The notes beneath the pieces are model-generated. The model had not been told where the DNA came from. It searched no databases and saw nothing but the letters and a program-made list of their open reading frames with translations. A program made the translations under genes and the position numbers. Shown here in pieces: positions 1 through 13,837 of a stretch of 64,000 bases of DNA. Source of the DNA: Eledone cirrhosa (taxonomy: Eukaryota); the NCBI GenBank assembly GCA_964016885.1, contig OZ024747.1, positions 14,508,001-14,572,000 on the forward strand, in the 5' to 3' direction. Numbering within the stretch: the first letter of the stretch is position 1; each line of letters starts with the position of its first letter.

Positions 1-300
1 TGTGAATGCGTGGGTGAAAGAATACGTACACTTGAAAGAAAAATTTAAGTCTGAATGTTAAGTGCAAACACAAAACCAACCACGCATATCTTTACTATCT
101 CTAATCCTTCTATAGATTTAGAAAAATAACCAATAATATATTCTATAAAAAATGTCAAAACAACAGATGGGAATCTAATTAATCACTGCCACCAAGAATT
201 CTCACTGCTATCGAAAAACCACTCCTTCAACTATTCTTCTAACAACTTCACCCCTTCCTCCTAATATTCTCTATAAAAACTAAATAGGTCCTCAGTAATA

Positions 301-417
301 TTATTCTGATGAAATGACAGTAAACAATAACATTGAAATATTGAATGTCTGCATAACTAAAAGTTTGTAGATAGCTGTTTTAGGTTATGTAACTGTTATA
401 GAAACACGTGTCAATAA
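301..417 (+). ncRNA. Type I hammerhead ribozyme with large stem II insertion (Penelope pLTR-like)
   Basis: TTATT-CTGATGA(306-312)-a-ATGACAGT...ACTGTTAT-a-GAAA(401-404)-C-ACGT-G-TC^AATAA. Stem I 5 bp, stem II base 8 bp, palindromic stem III CACGTG, GUC cleavage triplet. Folded by eye. Confidence 0.65.
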
Positions 418-451
418 ATTCCTTTCAACTAAACTGTATCCATTCAAATCT

Positions 452-489
<38 letters not shown>

Positions 490-494
490 CTCAT

Positions 495-600
495 TCTTTC
501 TTCTGATGAAGGACTAGCATCCGAAACGCTGTGACCCTTTTCCTGTTATATCAAGCGTTAACCTAATATATCCCTTCCATATACTGTACCGATTGTGTTG
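495..600 (+). mobile_element. Decayed hammerhead-bearing Penelope-like terminal fragment between (TA)n and (CA)n
   Basis: CTGATGA-a-GGA ctagca TCC-GAAAC at 503-527, but the triplet is GTG and there is no stem I. A related decayed copy lies at about 22175-22205 (CAGATGAAGGACC...CCGAAA). Confidence 0.4.
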
Positions 601-615
601 TTATTTCCGTTTACC

Positions 616-730
<115 letters not shown>

Positions 731-812
731 AAACATATATATATCTGTATATATATATATATATGTATATATACACATACATATATATGTAATATATATA
801 TAGATATGTTTA

Positions 813-881
813 TATATTGTTATACTTTGGGAGGGTCATGTTCATCATTGGCAACATGACCCTCCCAAAGTATAACAATAT
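813..881. repeat. ~30-bp-arm inverted repeat next to (TA)n
   Basis: ATATTGTTATACTTTGGGAGGGTCATGTT ... AACATGACCCTCCCAAAGTATAACAATAT. The right arm recurs at about 17497-17531. Confidence 0.8.
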
Positions 882-941
882 CGGTTTCAACACACGATTT
901 CAGATAAAGAATCTTGCTAAACAAATTCAGAAACGAAATAT

Positions 942-999
<58 letters not shown>

Positions 1000-1065
1000 A
1001 TATATATGTAATATATATATATGTTTATATATATATATATTAATATATACACATAAATATATATG

Positions 1066-1140
<75 letters not shown>

Positions 1141-1196
1141 ATTAACAATATTAACAATATTAAATAAATGGAAAACTATATTTATAAAACCATATT

Positions 1197-1262
1197 TATT
1201 TCATTATATATATTTCGGGGATATCATATTAACAAAATGCTATGCCTTCATCAGACAAAATA
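1197..1262 (-). ncRNA. Minimal type I hammerhead ribozyme, family A
   Basis: Minus strand: TATTTTGT-CTGATGA-(partly decayed stem II)-GAAA-T-ATAT-A-TA^ATGAAATA. Homologous to the 18747 and 50282 copies. The family 3' tail lies in the opposite orientation at about 1470-1570. Confidence 0.6.
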
Positions 1263-1698
1263 CAATATAAACAGTTTTATAGATAAATAGATTCGACATA
1301 CCGTAATAAACATCGACTTCATTTGAAGAGGTTTACGCTAGCAGTGAACATTTTATACAGAGAGAAAGAAAGAGAGAAAAAAGAAAGAAAGACAAAACGA
1401 AGAAAAGGAAGAAAAAGAAGAAAAAGAAAAAGAAGAAATGCATGAAACAAAATAGAGAGATGGAAAAATACAATTTAATATTGTAAATATACTCCAAATA
1501 TTTGTCGAGTGCTTTTATATCAGTTATAAATATTTACTAGTTGTAACCCAACAATTTTAAATATAACTTTACATGTATATATATATATATATATATGCAC
1601 GTATATACGTGAAGAAGCAGACAAGAATTCGGTTCTCACTCTTGAGATGCTGGGTTCAATCTCACCCGGTGGCATCTGAGGAAATTTTACATTATAAA

Positions 1699-1752
<54 letters not shown>

Positions 1753-1899
1753 AGAGAGAGAGAGAGAGAGAGAGAGACAGTGAGAGAGAGAGAGAAAAAG
1801 AAAGTGATTTGATAGATAGGTAGATAGATACCTATCAATATCAATATAAAAATATATTTAAATCTGTAGACACACACAGACATAAACACGCACACACAC

Positions 1900-1966
<67 letters not shown>

Positions 1967-2694
1967 CACACACATATATATTTATACATTTATACATATG
2001 TTTATACGTATACATATATGAGCGTGTGCGTGCTGTGTTTGTGTGTATTTGTATGTATTTATTGTTTGAAATACGTATACACACATACACACATACACAC
2101 ATACACTCACACCAACTCATACAGCACAGAATTGGAGGTTGATGCACGTTTCTATGTAATAATTTTAATGTAAATGTGAGTAGAGTGTTATGAATTAACA
2201 AATTTAAAATGAAGTAGATATACCATTATGTGTTCCGGAAAAATCTTTCCATGTGCATTCACAAGATGTGCAAGGGTATGGAAATCTGTATGAATACAAT
2301 TGATGTAGAAACAACACAAGCACAATGGATGGTGAAATGCAACAATAACGCTCTATTCTCCAACACATTCTACGCCTTTTGATGGACGACCAATATCAAT
2401 GTAGAAAATGGTGAACATCTTTTCAGCGTTTTGTCTAAATAAATGTTACGAACAAACAAAAACTTGCTATTGTCTGTAACGTGTGCGCGTGTCTGCGTAT
2501 GTTTTGTGTGTATGGGCAGGACTGGGCATAGTTGGGCCTGAGATGGGTTGGGATGGGTTGTGGTTGCTGGCATGTGAGTGTCTCAGTGTGTATGTCATTG
2601 TGTGTATGTGTGCGTGTGCGTGTGTGTATGTGTGTATGTGTGTATGTGTGTATGTGTGTGTGTGTAAGTGTTGCGAGCGTGTGTGTGTATATAT

Positions 2695-2823
<129 letters not shown>

Positions 2824-2826
2824 GTA

Positions 2827-2866
<40 letters not shown>

Positions 2867-2909
2867 AATATGTATATATATATATATATATTAAAAGAGT
2901 AAAAGAGTA

Positions 2910-2975
<66 letters not shown>

Positions 2976-2976
2976 G

Positions 2977-3008
<32 letters not shown>

Positions 3009-3037
3009 TATATACATATATATATACATATATATAC

Positions 3038-3070
<33 letters not shown>

Positions 3071-3076
3071 GAACAG

Positions 3077-3107
<31 letters not shown>

Positions 3108-3141
3108 CATTTGCGCTCACACATAAATACATACATATGTA

Positions 3142-3233
<92 letters not shown>

Positions 3234-3440
3234 CATACAAATATACACAGGTGTGTATGTGTATGAATCTACGTATGTATGTTTGTGCGTGTTCTGCAAG
3301 TGTGCATACATTGTGTGGGCGAGAGTGATTGTGTGTCAATGTATATGACTGTTGGTGAGTGTGTGTGTGTGTCTCTCTGAATGTGTGTGTGTGTCTGTGT
3401 GAGCTTGAGTGTATAAAGTCAGTCACCAAAGTTACACAGA

Positions 3441-3923
3441 AGCAGCAGCAGCAGCAGCAGTAGCAGCAGCACCAGCAGCAGCAGCAGCAGAGCAGCAGCA
3501 GGAGTAGCAATAACAGAGTCAGTTATATCCTGTACGGCTAGCTCAACAAATAACAATAGTCGAATTAACAACAACAGCAATACATAAGACGGACGGCGAA
3601 GACGAGGCTAACTGCAGCTACAATAGTCAATACTGCCTGAATGAATAACACCAACAATGCCGCCATTATCATCATCATCACCGACAACACCACCACTACC
3701 ACCAGCACTACCACCAGCACTACTACTACTACTACTACTACTACTACATTCACCACTACTGCCACCGCCATCACCCCCGCCCCACTACTACAACAACTAC
3801 TACAACTACTATTACTACTACGACTACCACCACCACCACCACCACTACTACTACTACTACTACCACCACCACCACCACCACCACTACTACAACAACAACA
3901 ACTACTACTATTACTACTACAAA

Positions 3924-3983
<60 letters not shown>

Positions 3984-4018
3984 CACCACCACCAACACTA
4001 CCACCACCACCACCACCG

Positions 4019-4061
<43 letters not shown>

Positions 4062-4071
4062 TACTACCACA

Positions 4072-4141
<70 letters not shown>

Positions 4142-4480
4142 ATACCACCACCACCACCACCACCACCACCACCACCACCACTACTACTACTACTAATACT
4201 ACTACTGCTGCTGCTGCTACTGCTACTATTGATAATGATGATGAGGACGATGACAACGACCACAATGACCACAGGATAATGATGGTGGTGGTGGTGGTGG
4301 TAATGATAATATTGTTGTTGCTATTACTATGCTGCTGTTTCTGCTGCTGCTGCTGATGATGATGATGATGACGACGACGAAGATGAAGATATTGATGATA
4401 ACAAATGTGATGATAAGGATGGTGATGGAGTTAATGTTGATACGGCTGCTGCTGATGATATTAAGACTCCAATTGCTGTT
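3441..4480. repeat. Compound trinucleotide microsatellite (CAG/CAC/TAC/GAT/CTG)
   Basis: Directly visible; it generates the poly-L/P/S/V/Y pseudo-ORFs. Confidence 0.95.
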
Positions 4481-4653
4481 GCTACAAATAATATGGCCAA
4501 GCATGTCGCCTTTTAACAGATTATCTCTTGAAAGTAAATAGGCACGATTGGTCTGACTTGCCCTGTTCGCTTCTGTTATTTTGTTAAAGTCAGACATTTT
4601 GTTAGTTACTTAATAAACGCCATGTAACGAATTGGCATAATGGTTAGAGTATC

Positions 4654-5134
4654 GGGTAGAATGGTATTGGTACTGGCTCTCTGTGCTCTCTCAGTTCCAA
4701 TCAAACTGAAGAAAACTCTGCCATTCAACGTTTCTTGGTTAATAAACAAGTACAGGTCCAGTACTAGGGTCGATCTTACCTTACACAGCTTTCGTATTTC
4801 ATCTTTTTCACTTTCTAAGGTTCAAAGTCCACAGAGTCCTATCTGGCTATTGTAGGTCAGTGTAGTGCGAAAGAAAAGTGTAGAATGTGGAAGCGTAAAA
4901 AAGCGAAATTATTAGGTGTCAAACAAAACGAAAATCAGTTAAGTGAAGTGTGAAACTACGATAGCACCAATCATAGCTACGGGTAGAATGGTATTCGTAC
5001 TAGCTCTCTCAGTTCCAATCTAACTGAAGAAAACTCTGCCATTCAACGTTTCTTGGTTAATAAACAAGTACAAGTCCAGTACTAGGGTCGATCTTACCTT
5101 ACACAGCTTTCGTATTTCATCTTTTTCACTTTCT
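4654..5134 (+). repeat. Local direct duplication (~155-160 bp) of a decayed SINE plus pyrimidine tract
   Basis: 4654-4816 is nearly identical to 4981-5134 (GGGTAGAATGGTATT...TTTTTCACTTTCT), separated by ~165 bp of unrelated sequence. Confidence 0.85.
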
Positions 5135-6120
5135 CTCTCCTTTGTTGGAAAAGTCATGTGTGGAGATGGGATGAGCTCCGCCCAAGTCATGCCTGTAATT
5201 CCACCAGGAATTGCAGGTCCATAAAAACAGAGTAATGTCATGATTTCTTAATGATCCACTGGATATTCTCTTGACATTAATTCCCAAATAAATGGACATC
5301 CGTCCATTTATTTCACTGATGAGTGCTCCAGTTGTTCTGTTAACGGAAAGACCTACTCGTTAAATTTAAAGAGTAATTAGCCGATTAACGCATAAACAAT
5401 TCTACACATCACAGTGTGTGTGACATTGCTGACCCGGTGAATTACAGGTGAAGTCCATCCGACCGATGTCCAACTGAAGCCAAGCAATTTTGGGAGTGAA
5501 ATAATGGTGATTACATCGACACTAGTACTTTTATAGTTGTTTATTTTATCGACCCAAGAAGGGTGAAATACAAAGTTGACCTCGGTGTGATTTTTACTCA
5601 GAACTTAATAAACCGTAGCAAACACAACAAAGCATTTTGTTCGTCCCTTTACACATTTTGCCAAAACACCACCATTAATGGTTTCTAATTTAGGCACAAG
5701 GCCAGCAATATTAGTGCAGAAAAAAGCCAGTTAAATCGAACTAAGCGCTTGACTGATGATATTTTATCAAACTCGAAAGAATTAAAAACAAAAAAAATTT
5801 CGACGGGATTCAAACTCAGAAGTAAACGTTCTGAACAAATACTGCAAAGTATTTTGTCCAACACTTGAACAGTACTACTAATGAACCATTAATAATGGCT
5901 TCTTATTTAGGGACAGTTTTAGCAGTATAAGGCTACGAGGAAGTTGATTATATCGAGCCATTAAGTACTGGCTTGATATAACCAACTTTCCCGTAGCGGG
6001 GTTTGTGGGGAGAAAAGCCGATTATATTACGAATTCTGTTGAATAGACTTAAATACTGGTATTTTATTTTATTGACCCCGTGAGAATATAAAAGATTGAC
6101 CGTAGTGAGGTTTGATAATC

Positions 6121-6570
6121 ATTGTTTCTACTTTTGGCACAAGGCCAGCAATTATCCCAATGCATTACTGGTACTTTATTTTATCGACCCCGTAAGGATG
6201 AAAGGCAAAGTTAACCTTGGCGGTATTTGAACTCAGACTGTAAAGGGGCATAACTCTATGCTGCAAAGCATGGTGTCCGACCGTCTACCGATACTGCCAA
6301 TCCACCAGGGAGATATAACGAAACAATGCTACAAATAACTATCTGCATTGAAATAATGGTTTCTTATATAGGCACAAGGCCAGCAATTTTGGGGGACGGG
6401 AAAGTCGATTAAATCGACCCCAGTGCGTGACTGGTACTTTATTTCATCGACGCCTTATGGATGAAAGACAAAGTTAACCTCAGCGGGATTTGAACTCATA
6501 TCATAAAGAGCCACAACTCTATGCTGTAAAGAATGGCGGCCGAGCCTCTACCGAAACTGCCGATCCACCA
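6121..6570 (-). mobile_element. Two tRNA-derived Nin/Deu-domain SINE copies (short and long variants)
   Basis: Reverse complement of the consensus: A box TGGCAGTATCGG, B box GAGTTCAAATCCC, Nin-like GCCTTTCATCCTTACGGGGTCGATAAAATAAAGTACCAG, tail GTAGAAACAATTA. Confidence 0.85.
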
Positions 6571-6885
6571 CTTTGCAGGGTTTGATAATAATAGCAATAA
6601 TACCAATATGGAGATATTGCAAAACAATGCCAGAAATATCTAACAATAAATTAATAAAAAGCTTCCATAAATAAATCCACGTGCACTAAGTTCACATTTA
6701 TTTTATTTAAATATTAATAAAAGAAAAAGAATAAAGTATCTTTTTTTTAATGGAATATTATTTTTTTTAATTTTCAGGTGGTCTTTGTCGACTTTCTTTG
6801 TCTGCTTCTAATTTTTCACACATGCTACACAACACCTATTAAACAGACACGTGGCCATCTTTACGCAGCTGTCTCTTAGGATTTT

Positions 6886-6899
6886 AGTAGTAGTAGTAC

Positions 6900-6963
<64 letters not shown>

Positions 6964-7011
6964 CGCAGCAGTAGTAGCAGCAGCAGCAGTAGTAGTAGTA
7001 GTAGTAGTAGT

Positions 7012-7042
<31 letters not shown>

Positions 7043-7140
7043 GCAGCAGTAGCAGTAGTAGTAGTAGCTGCAGCAGCATTAGTAGTAGTAGTAGTTAGTA
7101 GTAGTAGGTGGTGGTGGTGATTGTGTTTGTGGTAGTAGTA
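6886..7140. repeat. (TAG)n/(CAG)n microsatellite
   Basis: Directly visible. Confidence 0.95.
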
Positions 7141-7596
7141 TTTGTAGCTTTTCTTGTCGTTGTTATAGTTGTTGATTTACTACTATATAAACTAGATTAG
7201 CAGAATCGGTAGAGTACCAAACACAATGATTTGTGCTTGATAGTTATATAATTGTTTCTACTTTTGGCACAATACCAGCAATTATCTCAGTGTATCACTG
7301 GTACTTTATTTTATCGACCCCGTAAGGATGAAAGGCAAAGTTAACCGCAGCGGGATTTGAACTCAGCCGAGGTTAACTGATAGTTATATAATATACCTTC
7401 TCATTTCAAATCCTATCGAAGTGGAATTTACCTTTCCTAATTTAGCGGTCAATAAAATAAAGTTGCCATGAAATGATGGGCTGAATTGTATTGATTAGAC
7501 AATTATCTCACCAAACATCATCACAGAGGCTTATGATTAACCGATCAATAGAGACCGTAACAAATGTTTTGTCATATTTAACGCTTTCATTATTGT

Positions 7597-7783
7597 GGTG
7601 AATTGGCAGTATCGGTAGAGGGTCGGACACCATGCTTTGACGCATAGAGTTACGGTCCTTGCCATTCTGAGTTCAAATCCCGCCGAGGTTAACTTTGCCT
7701 TTCATCCTTACGGGGTCGATAAAATAAAGTACCAGTAATGCACTGGGTAATTGCTGGCCTTGTGCCAAATGTAGAAACAATTA
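7597..7783 (+). mobile_element. Full-length tRNA-derived Nin/Deu-domain SINE
   Basis: Pol III A and B boxes, central CCTTTCATCCTTACGGGGTCGATAAA, ends TAGAAACAATTATT. A partial minus copy lies at 7250-7368. Confidence 0.9.
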
Positions 7784-8654
7784 TTGTATATATAATGAAA
7801 TGCACTGCCTATGTCAGTTTAATTTTGAAAATAGCCAAACATCTGAATGAATCTAATGAAATAACTAAGGTTTCCGTTACTGAGCTGATATTTACAACAA
7901 TATCCATGAAACGTTTCTAAAACAAAATTAATGTGAAATGTCTCAATATAAGAATAAACATAGTGTAGTAGATTGACAGTGTTGGTAGAGCGTTGGACAA
8001 CATACTTTAAGGCATAGAGTTACACCCCTTTACTCTTTGAGTTTTTTTATCGGGGAGAGGTAAAATAAAGTACCAGTAATACACTTGTGTCGACTTAATT
8101 GACTTTCCTCTCCCCTAAAATTGTTGACTTTGTGCCTAGGTCAGAAAGCAATATAAGAATAAATATGTTAAAATGAGAAGTTTTGTGTCAGAAATTGGGG
8201 ACGGTTTCAGTCAGTTTGTTATCAGATCCTGACTTGCTTTCGACAAAATAATTATCAACTAAGTACTGCCTTAGACATATGTGAACTGGTGTCTATATAT
8301 AATATCTTTATTGGAATCTGGGACATCCATACTGTAATGAGAGAAGTACACGATAACCTGCCGGAGACTTTGGTTCCTATTCCGATTTCAGCGGATCAAC
8401 GAACGTTCAGAATGCTGGAATACGCCACCATTTTGGCAACAGTTTTGACGAGCATGTTACACAGGGTTGATGGCAGCCGAGTGTAATACAAATTCTTAAT
8501 GAAATAATTTAGAAAGATTTTTGATTATAAGTTTCTCACTATTAGGATAGTGTTTGTAACATAACTTAACATTGGTTCTTACATAAAGTTATGATGAAAG
8601 GATTTTTGGATAACTATAAATACTTTAAAATAAACAGTTGTTAACAATGAACAG

Positions 8655-8955
8655 AGGTTAACTTTGCATTTCATCCTTACGTGGTCGATAATATGAAGTA
8701 CCAGTAATGCATTGCGTTCGATTTAATCGACTTACCCCTTCTCCAAAATTGTTGGCCTTGTGCCTGAATCTAACCATGGCAGTATCAGTAGAGAGTCGGA
8801 CGTCATGCTTTCCAGCATAGTTACGTCCCTTTACGGTCTGAGTTCAAATCCCGCCGAGGTTAACTTTACCTTTCATCCTTACGGGGTCGATAAAATAAAG
8901 TACCAGTAATGTACTGGATTATTGCTGGCCTTGTGCCAAAAGTAGAAACAATTAT
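8655..8955 (+). mobile_element. Partial plus near-full Nin/Deu SINE copies in tandem
   Basis: Match to the SINE consensus. Confidence 0.85.
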
Positions 8956-10121
8956 TTGAAGAAATATAAAAAGGAGTTTTGTTTTTTTGTTTATTGTTTT
9001 TCGAACTGTGGGGACTCTGTGATTAGATTGAAGCTTGTTTACCACTCGTCTTGTTTAGAATGTGAGATTGTATTTGTATGAATACATTTCATGCAAAGCG
9101 CTCCCGTCATGCATTTACTCTGCTACCTTATGTTCACACTGGACCACACACACACACATACACAAACACAAACACACACATGCACACATATACACACATA
9201 TGATCATCAATAGACACACACACACACACACATACACACACAAAGGCAAATACAGTGAGACCGAAACACAAACACACACAAATATATATATGCATTTACA
9301 TATATGAATTCCACTGTCTTTATGTGTGTGTGTTTTAGGCAGTACACCGTGTCATTGTTATAATAATGTGTTGTATCAAAGGAAATATTGTTAGCATATC
9401 GTTTTTATTTTCGGTTGGTACTAAACAAATGATAGTGCAAACAAGAGGGAGACAGAAAGAGACAAATAAACAATAAATTAAAAATATATATAACAAGTAA
9501 CACAAAAACAGAACAGCATAATTATGATAGGAAGGGTAGAGGATAGAGAAAAGAGTCTGTACTATAATATTGTCTGTTGTAAAAAGCCACAATATTGTGA
9601 CGAAGTCTACCATTAGCACAGCTCTTAGGTTATCCTCTAATTATAGTTAACTATAGGGTCCTTTGCAAAAAATGCAGCCTTAGCTAAACATACCTCCCTA
9701 CGACCGACACATTTGTTTAGTATTTCCATCTATTTTAATATCCATTTCTTTCTCAATGACACTCGCTCTTTCCATTCTCTTCCTTTCTTTGTCTGTCTGA
9801 CTGTTTCTTGCAACCCCTCTAATTATTGATAACTTTTTCTGTCCCTACTTCTCTTTGTCTAATAATCCAAATAGGGATACTGTTATCTTTCTCTACTTTT
9901 TCCTTCTCTATTCCTGGTTTCTATATATGCCTGCTCTCTCTCGCTCATTCTTTCCCTCATTACTTTTCCATCTCTTTCTTTCCTCTTTCTATTGCTGTAA
10001 TTATTGTCTATCCTTGATCTCCTTCCGTCTTGGCATGTTTATCACTGTATGTATGTATGTATGTATGTATGTATGTATGTATGTATGTATGTATGTATGT
10101 ATGTATGTATGTATGTATATG

Positions 10122-10159
<38 letters not shown>

Positions 10160-10163
10160 TCCT

Positions 10164-10209
<46 letters not shown>

Positions 10210-10751
10210 CTTTCTCACCCTCTCTGTACCGCCCACTCTCCCTTTAGTGATGTAAAGAACGAAAATAATGAGAAAACAACCAAATTATTCTTAGAATATG
10301 GAATATTCCGAAATTCCATATTACGAAATGACATCACTTACGCAGGAACGCGAGATTTTAAACATGCTTATAGTCTATCAGTTCGCTATCTCACTCTTTG
10401 AAATCCAAACCACCCTCGTTTTCTTTCGTCTTCTATCTCTCTTGGGTCGCATTCATAAGTAGCTGTAGTATTAATATATTTGCATTTCATACAATCGACT
10501 ATATTTCTTCCTTTCGCCTAATCAAAGGAAATCATTTATAATGATTAATCTTATTAAAACATACATTTGGGCCATGGAGAATACTAATATAATTGAGTCA
10601 ATATCCAGATTGACAATTCTTGCTATATGAGATTCTGATATAAATTATGTCTTCATATTGAGTCAGTATGTTTGACGTGGTTGGTATAAATACATTGGAG
10701 GTTATTTGATGTAGTTGTAACGTTTTACTTCAGGTTATATTAATCTGAACC

Positions 10752-10935
10752 GTGGATTGGCAGTATCGGTAGAGGGCCGGACGCCATGCTTTGACGCATA
10801 GAGTTGCGGCCCTTGCCATTCTGAGTTCAAATCCTGCCGAGGTCAACTTTGCCTTTCATCCTTACGGGTTTGATATTATAAAGTACCAGTAATGCACTGG
10901 TAATTGCTAACCTTGTGCCAAAAGTAGAAACAGTT
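10752..10935 (+). mobile_element. Full-length Nin/Deu SINE with probable target-site duplication
   Basis: SINE consensus flanked by GTTATATTAATCTGAAC on both sides (10734-10750 and 10933-10949). Confidence 0.9.
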
Positions 10936-11062
10936 ATATTAATCTGAACACACATTAGATAATTCACTCCTAGACAAACTCCCATGTTAAAGAGTGGAGA
11001 TCATGTTTGGGATTTGGGGTTAAACTTTAACAGTAGGGGGTAAGATTCAAAGTTTATAGTAA

Positions 11063-11600
11063 TAATGATTTCTAGTATAGGCACAAGACCAGTATTTGCG
11101 GGGAGGGGAAAGTCGATTAAATCGACCCCAGTACGTTACTGGTGCTTTATTTAATCGACCCCGTAAGGATGAAAGGCAAAGTTATCCTCGACCGTAACTC
11201 TATGCTGCAAAGCTTTATTCAAATTCTAATCTTGAGTCAAATAATTGTTTCTACTTTAGGCACAAGGCCAGCAATTACCCAGTGCATTACTGGTACTTTA
11301 TTTTATCGACCCCGTAAGGATGAAAGGCAAAGTTAACCTCGGCGGGATTTGAACTCAATAAATGAAAGTCTTGAGTCAAATAATGGTTTCTGATTTAGGC
11401 AGAAGACCACCAATTTGATGGGAGAGGAACGTCGATTAAATCGATCTCACTGCATGAGTGGTACTTTATGTTATCGATTCCGTAAGGAAGGATGAAAGGC
11501 AAAGCTAACCTCGGCGGGATTTGAACTCAGAACGTAAAGGGCTGTAACTCAATGCCACTAAGTAACGTGTCCGATGCTCTACCGATTCTGTCAATCCACT
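11063..11600 (-). mobile_element. Cluster of three Nin/Deu SINE copies
   Basis: Consensus matches at about 11063-11215, 11241-11358 and 11381-11600. TCTTGAGTCAAATAAT is duplicated around the middle copy. Confidence 0.85.
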
Positions 11601-13418
11601 GTCCGCATCCGGAGTCGAATAATAATAACATTTTTTTTAGCCATAAATTATTGTTTTAATGTGTACACATATTTCCTTTAGTGTATCTGGTAAAGATGAT
11701 CTTAACCCCCCTACAACCCCTCATTTATTTAAAACTATCTATTATAATATTCCCCTTACTTTGCTAAGCTTTCTATTTCACATGTATCCACTCATTCTAG
11801 TTTTCAGTATGGTCCTGGACAGAGAACAATCTACTCAGTATTGAAGTTTCTTATTGAATAAATGTGACTTACCATCAAAGACTTCTCGATAAATAGAAAT
11901 ACAGTTAAGAGGTTAGAGTTGAAAGCAGGAGAATGCGTCGTGGAAAGGTGAAGTGATGAGAGTTCTAAGAAGCTGAAGAGGCTGCACTAGAAATAATGGT
12001 GTTGATGTATGTCGGAAACTGGACTTGATAGTGACATAAGTGGGATAGCAGCAATAGAATCTAATGAATATTATTTTGCTGTAAAAACCGTCTATTGTGT
12101 TCGAAAATAATGGGTCAAGAAGCCAAAATTTCTCTGAGAATGCTCTGATTGTCGACCGTACTATACAAAGTTTTAAAATTATAACAAATAAATCAAATTC
12201 AAAGGAAGAAAAAAATAAAACAAATTAAACAAAGATACAAATGTGAAAGAGAGAATGGATGAAGAGAAATATTTAGTAGTAAGGTCGCGAATTTGCTTAA
12301 TGGATGCTACAAACGAAATGGGGATCCATTTCTAATGTGAGGTGGGGTTAGTTGTAGTGGTTGTGGCGAATAATTGAAAGAATATATGACAGAATGAAAG
12401 AGAAGGGAATAGAAAGATCTATAATGGAAAATGAAACGGGTCAGAGAAAACAAAAAAAAAGAAACTAGGGAAAGAGAGGGAGAGATAGAATAAGAGAGTG
12501 AGAGAGAAAAAGAGGGAGAGAGAGAGAGGGAGAGAGAGAATCAGAAAGTGAGAGAGAAAGAGAAGGAGAGAGAGATAGAATCAGAAAGTAATAGAGAAAG
12601 TAAGGAGAGGGAGAAAGATAGAATAAGAAAATAAGAGAGAAAGAGAGGGAGAGAGAGATAGAATCAGAAAGTTGGAGAGAAAGAGAGCGTAAATATGTGT
12701 GTGTGCACGTAGGAGTGTATGTGTTTGTGTGTGTGTGTGTATGAGTATGTATGTGTGTGCGCATGTGTGTGTGCATGTGTGTGTGCATGTGTGTGTGTGT
12801 TTTGTGTGTGTGTGTGTCTGTCGTGTGTGTGTGTGTGTTTGTGTGTTTGTGTGTGTGTGTGTGTGTTTGTGTGTTTGTGTGTGTGTTTGTGTGTGTGTGT
12901 GTCGATTCATGTTTGAATGTGCCATTTTTCGTTTATGAATATGTTTCTGTGTATCTGTGTATATGTGTATGTGTGTGTGTGTGTATGTGTGTGTGTGTCT
13001 GCATGTGTCTATATATATGTGTATGCGTGTGTGTATGTGTATGTGTGTGTACTCGTGTCTATGTATATGTGTATGCGCGTGTGTGTATGTGTATGTGTGT
13101 TTACACGTGTCTATGTATATGTGTATGTGTGTGTGTTTATGTGTATGCGTGTGTACATGTGTCTATATATCTGTGTATGTGTGTGTACATGTGTCTATGT
13201 ATATGTGTGCGTCTGTGTAACAAAAAAATTAAAGTGAAGGAGGAGTATTGACAAAGTAAATGGCTAAAATTAATGATAAACCTATAAAATGTTGTCTTCA
13301 AATGGATATCACGGGTTGTGAGAATAAACGGGAGAGAGAGAGAGAGGGAGAAAGCGGGAGAGAGAAAGCGGGAGAGACAGAGACAGAGAGAGGGATAGAA
13401 AGATAGATAGATAGATTT

Positions 13419-13475
<57 letters not shown>

Positions 13476-13796
13476 GTGAGAGAGAGAGAGAGAGAAAGAC
13501 GAGTTAAAGGAAGAGAGAGAGACACAAAAAGAGAGAGAGAAAGAGAGAGAGCGAGAGAGAGAAAGGAAGGAGGAGGGAGATAAAAGGAGAGCAAATGAAT
13601 GAAGTTGGGGAATAGTGTTAGGGGGAGGATAGTAGAGAAGCAGTGACGATTTCAAGGACACTTGAGGAGAGACATGACAAAGAAGGTAGCTGGAGAGAGG
13701 TAAAGAGACCTCTGCAATAACCTTGAAAGTGGAAGCGAATAATTCAGTAAATTCTCTCTTTCTTTCTTTCCATCCTTCATTCACTATTCATATTCT

Positions 13797-13837
<41 letters not shown>

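Noticed and set aside
5316-5360. CTGATGA...GAAA as a hammerhead
   Set aside because: No stem II or stem I pairing found.
7597-7690. tRNA genes at SINE heads
   Set aside because: A and B boxes are present, but there is no complete cloverleaf and they are always attached to the SINE body.
11973-12000. CTGAAGA...GAAA as a hammerhead
   Set aside because: No supporting helices.
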